Positions 1-10,430 of a DNA stretch of 64,000 bases are shown one piece after another. The notes below the pieces were generated by a model, which ran no database searches, had not been told where the DNA came from, and saw only the letters and a list, made by a program, of their open reading frames with translations. The stretch is from NCBI GenBank assembly GCA_964106915.2, contig OZ066914.1. The stretch is one strand, 5' to 3'. Both the position numbers and the translations under genes were made by a program. Each line of letters starts with the position of its first letter. The first letter of the stretch is position 1. Source of the DNA: Podarcis gaigeae. Taxonomy: Eukaryota.

Positions 1-710
1 TTTAACCCTCTTCTGTCCAAACTTCCAATAGTGCCTCTTAAAGTGGTTGTTTGTTGCATTGAATTAGCTTCTGCGGGTGAAATGTTTATGGTCTGAATTA
101 TGCTTGTCTTACCAGTCTACTTGGTTATGCCCTCTGCGCGGACAGACTCCTCTCCTATCTGGGGCTTGGCACACAAAGTGCCCCTATTTTTATCTGTGAA
201 GTGTTGTGAGAGTAAGCTTTAACTATTTAAATAATAATCAAGAAGGCCTTTGCCCTCATTACTAAGACAACAACCATGCACCACCGGCTTCCTCCCAAAA
301 CTCCTGTGCCTTTTAGCAAATGCACAACAGGCAGAAACACAAGGGGGGCAGGGAGCTTTCTCTGCTGCACCATCTCCATGCCAGAAAACACACCATCTGA
401 ACATCTGCCTGTCATGCACAGGGCTGGATTTAGGTTTGATGAGGCCCTAAGCTACTGAAGGTAATGGGGCCCTTTTTTCATCCAGCTGTCCTTTGTCAAC
501 AACAAATTGCCGCTGTTTTTTGTGTTGAATATATGCTATATGGTAATTTATGGACCTAATAGGTATCTAAAGACATTTGCACATAACAAAATATTAAAGT
601 AATTGTTGAACTGAAATACAATTAAGAAGTATATTCATAGTGAAATAATTACAGTATTAAGCTCTAACTTAAAATGATTGGGGGCCCATTACTTACATCA
701 TAGGAGCCTG

Positions 711-945
711 TTACAGATAGGTAGCCGTGTTGGTCTGCCATAGTCAAAACAAAATAAAAAAATTCCTTCCAGTAGCACCTTAAAGACCAACTAAGTTAGT
801 TCTTGGTATGAGCTTTCGTGTGCATGCACACTTCTTCAGATAGTGGTATCTGAAGAAGTGTGCATGCACACGAAAGCTCATACCAAGAACTAACTTAGTT
901 GGTCTTTAAGGTGCTACTGGAAGGAATTTTTTTATTTTGTTTTGA
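711..945. mobile_element. Penelope-like retroelement terminal fragment as an inverted duplication (palindrome)
   Basis: Perfect 99-bp inverted arms 744-842/847-945; TSD ATCATAGGAGCCTG (697-710, 945-958); contains a minimal hammerhead motif; near-identical to 60214-60342. Confidence 0.8.
844..885 (+). ncRNA. Minimal type I hammerhead ribozyme motif
   Basis: Stem I TGGTAT/ATACCA; core CTGAAGA + extra A; stem II GTGTG-CATG-CACAC; GAAA; palindromic stem III AGCT; predicted cleavage after C879 (CUC). Confidence 0.75.
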
Positions 946-1239
946 TCATAGGAGCCTGCACAACACAAAACACTGTTGCTGTATGTACAGTAGATTTTAT
1001 TTGCTTTTATCTTATATTTTGGAAATGTACATCCAGGTTTTTTTCCCTTTACATTTTTTTGGAGAGAGTGGGGCCCTAGCTATAGCTTGTTTAGCTTGTA
1101 CGTAAATCCGGCAGTGGGGAGCTTTCTCTGTTGCACCATCTCCATGCCAGAAAACGCACCATACGAACATCTGCCTGTCACGCAGCTATGGAAAGCCTAG
1201 CAGTGATGAAAAGGACATTCTAAGGTAGCTGCGAGGCTT

Positions 1240-1900
1240 TTATCCAGCTCCCATTTTAGAAACTAAACAGAGCGGAAGAGCGCCTCTCTTCCTCCTCCGC
1301 CACTTCGTCTCTGGACGCTTCAAGCAGAAAGCGGTTGAGCACGAGAACTTCCGCGAAAGTCCGGACGTCTCCCTCTCGGCTGGCGGCGGCGGCACCTGCT
1401 CCAAGCCGAGCCGGCGTCGCTGGGGAAACAAACGGCCGAGGGGCAGCGCCCGCGAGGCGAGTTGCCGCTGAGGGCAGCCCCCTCTGGAGGTACCCAGGCG
1501 CAGGAGCGGATTCAAACCGCCCAATGGAGCGTCAGATAGGGGGCAAGGGCGGGCATAGCGGCGGCCAATGGAGAACGAGGATATTGGGAGGTGTGGCCTG
1601 CGTCGGTGATTTCAAACCCACTTGAGGAGCGGCCCGAGGTTTGCCTTACCGCTTGGCCGGTCGCGGCCTAGGTGAGTACCCGCCGCCTGCATGAGAGGGG
1701 GGCCTCAGCAGGGGCATGGAAAGCGGGGCTTCGGCGAGGACGGCCGGAGCTCCGAGAAAGGCCGTTGCTCTGAGGCGGCCGGGCTCCGCCTCGTCCTTAC
1801 TGCCATTCTGGTCCTCTAGGTGCTGTTCCTCAGGATGGGCTCCACAACACAGCTCCATCCCCACCCCGCTGCTCTTGAGGGGAGGGAGGGTTAGTGATTT
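1240..1900 (+). promoter_or_regulatory. CKAP5: CpG-island promoter of CKAP5 with NF-Y CCAAT boxes, GC box and CHR elements
   Basis: CpG/GC-rich. CCAAT at 1521 and 1565, inverted ATTGG at 1583, GGGCGGG at 1547, and TTCAAA (reverse CHR TTTGAA) at 1511 and 1611, just upstream of a strong donor AG|GTGAGT at 1671/1672. Confidence 0.8.
1620..1671 (+). other. CKAP5: CKAP5 non-coding exon 1 (5' UTR; start approximate)
   Basis: Consensus 5' splice site CTAG|GTGAGT at 1671/1672 immediately downstream of the promoter motifs. The first coding exon has its own acceptor at 14653-14654. Confidence 0.7.
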
Positions 1901-4686
1901 GCGTTTGTTCTTGGTTTTTGTTAAGCATTTTGTGTGTTTTTTTTCTCTTGTATTTTTACTGTTGTGAACCTCGCCGAGATCTACCGATGAAGGGCGGCAT
2001 ACAAATTTATTAAGTAGTAATAATAGCAGCGGCTACCGAAGGCCCTCCACCGATCTCGGCATCGTCTGTAAAACGAGCCCGCGCTCTCTGCACTCTCTCT
2101 GAGGTGCACAGCGGAATAGGGCTTCCCGCTCGAGTCATCTCTAACTGCGTGTGGGCATGCGCTACTGAGGGCTGCAGGTTTGGGATGGGGCGGGGGGAGG
2201 CTCAGCAACTTGCTGTCCGGTGGAAGCCCCATGCTTCCCTAGGCAAACTCACTCACTTGCCTCTCCCCTCCCATCCCTGGTCAAAGGTTAAGCACGGGGC
2301 AGGGGGTAGAATTTTGCTTGCTGCCAGTTGCCCACTTGAGCAAGCAGGTAGTACCAGTCGCTACTAGGAATATACAAAAAGCTCTTGTATTGAGTCAGGT
2401 CACTGGTTCATCTAGCTCAATCTTGTTTGCCCTGACTGGGAGCAACTTTATAGGGGTTCAGGCAGGTGTCCCTACCTGGGACCTTCTGCAGGCAAAGCAG
2501 GGGAGAAGTGAAGGGGAGAAGGCAGTTGAGTGAGCAACTGTAGACACCATACCACTCTGTGCTGCCATTGCTGCTAACTCACTTGCCCAATAGGGTGAGT
2601 GACACTGGTGACTAGAAACAGGACTTGCTTGTCTGTCCTCTCCCTTTCCACCGGTGCTGCTTGCTTGCTGCATGTGTGAGTTGACAGACACTAGAAATTC
2701 CTGTCTGCTTCTCTGAGGGATGAAGAGAGGCTATAACAAGCATTGGTGTTCACAATGTTACATGTACCTAATCTAGAGGGGAAGAGGAGTATAACGTTAA
2801 TACCTTCAGGAGGACCCAATCATGCTACTGTGATGGATACTTCTACAGAAAGGTTGTGGTTGGTAGTGGGCTTTCCTGAGGCCATGGCAGTTGCCAGAAG
2901 AATCTAGCCCTGGGTAGGGGCTTCCCAGAGAAGTAGAGGAACCCCTGATGGCTCTTTGCTCACCCATGACATAGGGAGCAGTGATGAATGCTAGGGTAGC
3001 TGTCACCACTGTGAACCAGTGATGATTGTCAGTAGCTGCTTTTAGGGAGAAGTGGGCAGAGGAGCCCACATCAGCAGTTGCCGTTCCCAGAAACCATTTG
3101 TGTTCACTTGCTCTGGTGCACTAAATGAGCAGCATTGCTAGTCCGCGGTACGAACAGCCTTTCCTTTCTTGGCAGTCGTTGAATGTTGTTGTTGTCAGTT
3201 TGTTCAGGTGAGCTATTGGTGATAGAAATGGCAAACAAGGAACAACCTCCATTCCCTACCCTCCAACGCAAGAGGGTGAAGAAGACAGTGAGCCTTATGG
3301 TGAGGACAGGGGTCCCCTAGACAGCAAGTTGACATGGGCCTATCAAACCTGGAGCTGGTTTTAGTGTAGTAGAGACACTTAGGAACTATTCTGTGAAAGA
3401 TTTTTCCTCCAGTGGGCCTTACATCCAAGTCATTTGCTAGGGTTTCTATGCTTAGAATGTTTATATACCTATAGGTATGAGTGGTTTGATGGGCATTGTT
3501 AGTGCCTTCTACAAAGTGAGATGCACATTAATGCTTATTGTGGGCAATAATACTTGCATATAATCACACACCTAAGAGGTACCCCATTCAAAAAGTCTTG
3601 CTGGATCATATCCAAAGATCCATGTACTATAGTCCAATACCCCCCTTCCTGATGCCTCTGGAAAGCTGACCCTGATCCCCTCCCCTAAAAAAAGTTTCAT
3701 AATTAAGACCTTGAGGTCCTTCAGTTTAAGATACCTGGAGTTATTACTTGTTTATGCAGTATATCTTCATTTGACTTCTCTCTTACCGGGGAAGGCAATA
3801 TTCCTTTTGTAGAAGGAGAGGTATGTTTAAATGCCAGCATCTATGTCCCAAGGAGGATTGGATAAATCCTAGGCATCTGTGCACTTACATATTTTATACT
3901 GACATTTTTATATTGGAGATAATTTGGCTCTGCAATATTGGTAACTACTTACAAAGAGGATAAGCTATTAAAATGTTATATCTGCGCTGACCCTTTCCCT
4001 AGGCACCTGCCCTGTTCTGAAAGCAGCTTTCATCATGGTTGCTAAGTGCACTTTATTCCAGAACTTGGAAAGTCCATAGAACATAATGGATCTTCTATTT
4101 CAGAACATGCTTGTTCTTTTAACACTCTCTAGAACATGTTACAACTTCAAAATGTCTTACTTTGACATTTTTACCCACTATTGCTACTGCACACTTAGAT
4201 ACTCCATTGTTTCTAACAGCAGCTTCTTTATGGTCTAGTAATAACATTTCTTCAAGTCTCCTGCAATCTACTGGTGGGTACCTCTTTCATCATTTAGGAT
4301 AATGAACTGAGAACCTTGAATAGCTTTGTGGGTCTGGACCTGAGGCATTTGCTTTTAATCTCTGAATACAGATACTGTTACACTTCTAGTTCTTACAAGT
4401 AGGTTACCAATTACTGTTTGAAAATGTTTCATCTGAATTTGGTTGCAAATACAGTGAAAACATTTTTTTCTGGATGAAGCAAAAATGTGAATATGTACTG
4501 GAATATTATTCTGCAGACTGCAATTACGTCATACTCTATTCTGTTTATGATTTTGCAGGGTTGGGCTTCACCATTTTAATCATTATTGTTTTGTATTGTA
4601 CCATGCACAAATGTCAAAGGAATTATTTCTGTTTAAGAATATTGTGTTGGTGTATGTGAAATTTCTTGCTCATAGTGTAATGATTT

Positions 4687-5790
4687 AATAATAATAATAA
4701 TAATAATAAATAATAATAAGTTTTTATTTATACCCCCACCCCGCTCTTCCTGGTTCAGAAACCTGTGCTCAGGGCGGCTAACAACAAATTTAAAACACTT
4801 AATTGTAATACAACATAAAAGCAGCATAAAATACAGTATGAAAGCATGAATAACAATAAAATTCAAAGTTCAAAAATCAATTTGAGGGAAATCCATCCAA
4901 TAAACATTAGATAGTCACCAGGGCTAGCTGGCTATATTAGACCTACAGTGGTACCTCGGGTTACAAACGTTTTAGGTTACAGACTCCGCTAACCCAAAAA
5001 TAGTACCTTGGGTTAAGAACTTTGCTTCAGGATGAGAACAGAAATCGTGCAGCGGCAGCGGGAGGCCCCATTAGCTAAAGTGGTACCTCAGGTTGAGAAC
5101 AGTTTCAGGTTAAGAATGGACCTCTGGAACAAATTAAGTTCTTAACCCGAGGTACTATTGTACTTGGGCCAGTGAGGAGGCCAGGGCAGAATTAGCTGTG
5201 GGATCCCAGAGTGGGTAATTTTCATAAAAAAGTGGGGAGGGGGGAAGAGAAGGGAAATAAAAGATCGGGCTGAGTTCAAATTAAAGGCCAGGTGGAATAT
5301 CTCTGTCTTATAGGAGGTTAAATCCTGTAGGGCCCTAGTCTCATGGGACCAGGTCAGAGCCATCACTGAAAAGGCCCTGGCCCTGGTGGAGGATAGTCTG
5401 ACTTCCTTAGGGTCCAGGGCATCTAAACTATGGTTATTCATGGACCTTAAGGTCCTCTGCTGGGCATACCAGGAGAGGCAGTCCCGTAAATACCAGGACC
5501 CTAAGCCACAAGGGGCTTTAAAGGTCAAACCCAGCACCTTGAACCTGACCCTATACTCCACCAGGAGCCAGTGCAGCTGGTAAAGCACTGGGTGAATATG
5601 CTGCCATGGCAGGAACCCCACGAGGAGCCTTGCTGCAGCATTCTGCACCCGCTGGAGTTTCTGGGACAGTTTCAAGGGCAGCCCCACGTAGAGCAAATTA
5701 CAGTAGTCAAGCCTGGAGGTGACCGTCGCATGGATCACTGTGGCCAGATCAGGGCAGGAGAGGTAAGGGACCAACTGCTTAATGCGGCGA
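4687..5790 (-). mobile_element. L2-clade LINE 3' fragment (RT C-terminal region, 3' UTR and (TTA)n tail)
   Basis: ORF 5142..5816 encodes LATVIHATVTSRLDYCNLLYVGLP...LQRVQNAAARLL...LHWL, typical of L2/CR1-group ORF2 C-termini; TAA-repeat tail at 4687-4718. Confidence 0.85.
4946..5160. mobile_element. Tc1/mariner (Tigger-like) MITE nested in the L2 fragment
   Basis: TA|CAGTGGTACCTCGGGTTA ... TAACCCGAGGTACTATTG|TA; same family as 31911 and 52018. Confidence 0.85.
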
Positions 5791-6929
5791 AGATTATCAG
5801 TGTTAATGACAATCACTAATAGACACTCCCCCCAAAAAACTATTACTAGCTTTATGTATGTATTTATTTACTACAAGCATTTCCACTTAGGAACTCAAGG
5901 CAGTGTGCATGATTCACCCTCTTTTTATCTTCTCAACAACCCTGTGAGGTATATGACACAGGCCCAATGTTGCCCAGTGAGCTTCATGGTTTAGTGGGGA
6001 TTTGAACCCTGGTCTCTCAGGTTTGACAGTCATACACATTCATTCCAGCAGACTGAATGAAAACTAATTGTTTTTGCAGTGGTTAATGCTGTTTCCTTCT
6101 ACTTTGTGGATGTTGATTTGTTTATTAACTTTGGTGTTTCCACCTGGTAAGTTATTGTTAAAAGGGGAATTATGGTTACACAGAACTTGAATGCATTTCA
6201 GAAGCATGGAAACATGCTAAGGATGTTCCTATTCTTCTCGACTTCTATTTTAAAAATAAATCTTGTTTGAGGTGCTTTCTCCTTGCTGTAGGGTACTGCA
6301 GACATTTGCAGCCATAAAGGGTAGAGCTTACCTAATTTCTCTGACAATGACCTAGTTGCTGATTTCTGTAGTACTGTCTATTAAAGCTGTGAAATGGCAC
6401 GTGCAAATTAAGTGGTTGTTGCAGTATTTATCCTTGACTGGTATTAGGATTATGAGCTTCATTTTACTATTGTAGGTGGAAAGCATTTCAGCATACTGAT
6501 GTGTGTTTGTGTGCACCTTTCATTATGTTCCTTTGAGGTTAGGTGATTGTAAGAAGGCAGGAAAACCAAGCTTTGATGCTTATATAAAACACGTGATTCT
6601 AACAAAGCATTGAGTAGTGCTACAGAACGCTGAGCAGTTAAAGGTGTCTCCTGAACAGAATTGTAAATTTGAGGAAAGTTGTTGCACTTTGAACAGCTCC
6701 TATAAGGCAAGACGTTGTAGTTGGTCCTTCTTAGGGAGATGGGCCTCTGGACGTTTTTCAAAGGCCACTTATTTTGGCTTACCCAGCGCAATGTTACAAA
6801 AAATGTTTACTCGAAAGCAGTTGGAGGCAGAGTAGTTCTTTTCGCAATTAAACGTATGCTTGCGGATTCTGTTTCGGACCACTATTTTTAACAGGTTCAA
6901 TTTACGGCCCCTCGTACAGAGATCACACA

Positions 6930-7850
6930 TAAGCACAACCCTGTACATACCGTCGGGCTCCTCGCCCCGCGGGATCAGCAAGACCTAAGATACACGGAAG
7001 CCTCTTCAGGAGCTCACCCGTCAAGCTAGCTAGTCTGAACATCAGTGGACGACTGGCCTTCCTGGTCAGGCCTCTTTTTCAGCTTGAGAACCCGTCTGCG
7101 ACAGAAAGGGAATCAAAAAGGCTTGCGAACTGGTTAGGGTGGGGACCCTCCGCGGCGCGGAAGCCTCGGTAGAAGCGCTCTGCCTCTCTGATCGGGGGTG
7201 GGGGAGAGCAAAGGGGCGGAGTGCGCGCATGGTCTGTCCGGGGCAGGGATCCCTGCCTTTGTTTGTCACATGGCCCGGGGAAGGCCCTTAGCTCAGGTGC
7301 GGCGGGAGGCGGAGGTTGGTGTCGCCGGCTGCGACGCGCCCCGCCCTTGGGGGAGGCGCCTCCTTCTCTGCCGGTCGGAGATGCAGCTCTCCGCCCGCTC
7401 CTGCTGCTAAGCCGGGCCGCGGTTGCTGGGCAAGCGAGAGTCCGGCCTAGTCCGGCCTGGGGGAAGGCGACGTTGTCCGGCGCCCGCTGCAAGGTAGGGC
7501 GGCGGCACTGGTGGCGAGGCCTAAACCCCCAGGGTGAAGGCCAGCTGGGGCGGGCGACTGTCATAAACAATGCCGGGAGAGCGGCCTGCTGCCCCGCTGC
7601 ATTGGGTGGCCAAGTTGTACCGAGCAGCGTCTCTCGGTCGGTCGGTCCGGCTGGCGAGCGGCGTCGGCCGATTTGTTGTGCTGGTGGTTGTAGATGTCGA
7701 CTGGCTCCGAGCTGCAGTAACTGGGGAAATGTGGCCCTGCTGGGCATAGAGCGGGAAACGGTGTCTGGGGAGCCTTCGGCAATTCCTGTCGCAGGGGAAA
7801 GGGACGTGCGTAAGTATAGACCGGCAATGTGATCTGGGACAGAAAGGGGA
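6930..7850 (+). promoter_or_regulatory. Second CpG island in CKAP5 intron 1; candidate alternative promoter/first exon
   Basis: High CpG density that I do not recognise as a repeat. GC box GGGGCGGAGT at 7213, X-box-like GTTGCTGGGCAAG at 7422, donor AAG|GTAGGG at 7493/7494. Confidence 0.6.
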
Positions 7851-9656
7851 TCCTTGACAGGGAAGGGATTCGGATCATCTTTTGAGATTCCCCTGTATGT
7901 GTTTGGAAGACGCTGGGGTGAGGTGGGGTGGCATGGGCGCGAGATTGTATTGAATGAAGAAGGCCTGTGTCAGGAATCCCCAACATCGAGCGCTTGAGCA
8001 TTTGAACGGAGTTGTTATGTTATGCTGTTCTACTCTGTGAATGTTCACAACAACAACGCTGGCCCTATTTCAGGGTGCTTGCTTTTTATGCTTCATAGGA
8101 ATTTTTATTCTTTGAAATTTAAACCAGGGATTCTTAATTTTTGACTCTCCAGATGTTGGACTACAACTCCCACTAGAAATCAAGCAGGGACTATCTCTGT
8201 TTGAGATCCCTGGTTTAAAAGGTTTTTCAGGAAGTCCTTGTGTTATGAACTTGTTCTAATGTTTTCTACGTTCTGATGTTGTAACTTAAGCATTAAATTC
8301 AATCTGTTGTATGTTTTGCTCTTTCCTGTAAACAGCTGTGAGATACATATTAAAAAGTGGGGTATAAAAATCTTAATCATCCCTGACTGGTCATGTTAAC
8401 TGGAATCCAACATCTGGAAGGCCACAGCCTAGGCAAACTTATTTGAAGCTTTTTGTATCTGTGGTGCTTTGCAGAGCATTTTTTTAATTAAAAAAATGAT
8501 TTCTTGAATAAAAAAAAGTGTTATCTTGCCTCCATGTCAGTGACATTCACACATGCATGTAAATACTAGGGCAAGATGCAGGGCTCTACAGCATTAATTA
8601 GATTTTAGAAAATAAGAGGTACTCGTGGTGAACCTATATTAGTTTCACTAGAACAGGGTTGGGGAACAAATGGGACTTCCAGCTAGCATTGTAAATGGTT
8701 GTGGATGATAGGTAGCATTGTTCAACACCATCTGAAGGACCATGGGCTCCCCACCCTGTTTCCAGGACTTAGTCATAGAGCCTACCTAGAATGTTTCCAT
8801 GTAACAGCTCCTGAATGCAGATGCAGTCAGGTAGAACAACTCTTATTTGGAAGGAAATGTGATTTAAAATAAGTTGTGGAAAAACTCAGTAAGCAGAGTG
8901 GCAGTGAATAGAGGCAAGTGGTCCTGTCTCAGCATAAGGATTCTCTGTTTTCTCTCTTGTTGTGTAAACAACTTGCCTTGCTTCTGCAAGTGGTGGGAGT
9001 GTTCTTTTCTTGCGCTCCTCTTCATAAAAAAGACTTCCAGGGATGTATTGTATCCCAATTTGGTACAAAATTTGAGGAATTATTTTTGGGGGATTACAGT
9101 ACAAGTTTTTGAAAATGGTACCAAACAATATTTTAAAAGGCTTGTAACAACAAGCAGTTCCTAGAGTTATAGCAGAATTCCATAATGTTTACCCAGAAAC
9201 AAGTCTCACGACCCCATGCTTCAATTTTAAGACTGTTACAAAAGTTGGGTGCCTCCCACTCTCTCTGCTGGGTGGTGGCAAAAGCCCATGGGGATTGAGA
9301 CACAGCAGAGACTGTTGTAGCTTTAAGAAATATGGGTTAGAAAATAAGAGGTACTCGTGGAGAACCTATATTAGTTTCACTAGAACAGGGTTCAAATAGC
9401 TTCAAATAAGTTTCCCTTCAATCTGCATTGAGGGAGTCCAGATCTTACAGCATGGTTATTTTAAGAGAGGCTTGTATCCCACAGCAGTGCAGCTCTGGAG
9501 TCCAAGTCATCTCTCCCAGTAATTTTCTCAGCCAGCCTGTCCAAAAAACGGCTCCCAACCCTTCTTCATCCTCCTTCTCAGAACCCCTTACTACCAGACT
9601 CCCTTTTCCTGTCACCTCAAACCTTGTTTCGCTGGCGACCCTCCAAATCCCTAGTC

Positions 9657-9988
9657 CAGGGGTCTGCAACCCGCGGCTCCGGAGCCGCATGTGGCTCTTT
9701 TACACCTTTGCCGTGGCTCCGGGGCGGATACTAGCGAGGGGAGGAGGCGCATTGTGCGCCCCGACACTCCCCACTGTGGCGGGCGCTGTACTGGCTGTGA
9801 CGTTGCATGGGGGCGGTGCGTGCGTTAGTCATGCACCGTCCTGACGTCACCTTCCTGCCCACTGTCAGATCGCGGCTCCGGAGATATATTTGTTTTAAAT
9901 GTCTAAATGGTTTTGCGGCTCCCAGCTTTTTTTCCCTTCGGAAACGGGTCCAAGTGGCTCTTTTTGTCTTAAAGGTTGCAGACCCCTG
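9657..9988. mobile_element. hAT MITE (young)
   Basis: TIRs CAGGGGTCTGCAACC / GGTTGCAGACCCCTG; perfect 8-bp TSD CCCTAGTC (9649-9656, 9989-9996). Confidence 0.9.
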
Positions 9989-10284
9989 CCCTAGTCACTG
10001 TTCACCTGGGGTGGGGGGAAAGGACAATTCCTCAATGATTCTCTATTGTTTCTTAAAGGCCCTCGCTTGGCCAGGTTGTTTAGCATAGGCTAGTCCAGGA
10101 ATTGATCTGCAGATTGTATTTCTCCCTTCACACCCCAAATCATCAAAATCCTGCCATTTATTAAATTCTGAGAGTAACCCTAATCAAGCACTGTGTTTCT
10201 GGCTTCTGAAAACATATGATTACTTTGTTGGAGTGCTCAGTTCATTTGTTCTCTCTCCCCAGTTCTTTTTGATTGGCTGTTTTC

Positions 10285-10430
10285 TTTTAGAAGACATCTG
10301 AAGGCAGCCCTGTTTAGGGAAATTTTTAATATTTGATGAATTATTGTATTTTGTTGGAAGCTGCCCAGAGTAGCTGGGGAAACCCAGCCAGATGGGCGGG
10401 TTATAAATAATAAATAATAAATAATAAAAA
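10285..10430 (+). mobile_element. LINE (L2-type) 3' end fragment
   Basis: GGAAGCTGCCCAGAGTAGCTGGGGAAACCCAGCCAGATGGGCGGGTTATAAAT followed by an (AATA)n tail. Confidence 0.6.

Larger units (their letters stand above)
419..1116. mobile_element. Non-autonomous hAT-like DNA transposon, interrupted by a Penelope-like insertion
   Basis: Imperfect TIRs CAGGGCTGGATTTA ... TAAATCCGGCAGTG (11/14); flanked by a 68-bp direct duplication. Confidence 0.6.

Noticed and set aside
899-1105. ORFs 899..1105 and 60072..60290 sharing the N-terminus [11 protein letters not shown]
   Set aside because: Explained by the two copies of the same Penelope-like repeat; not a gene family.
5142-5816. 224-aa ORF as a host gene
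   Set aside because: It is the C-terminal part of a LINE ORF2 running into 3' UTR and MITE sequence.
7079-7832. Long overlapping ORFs (222 aa on -, 203 aa on +) in the second CpG island
   Set aside because: Low-complexity Arg/Pro/Ala/Gly translations expected from stop-poor GC-rich DNA, with non-ATG starts and no recognisable domain.
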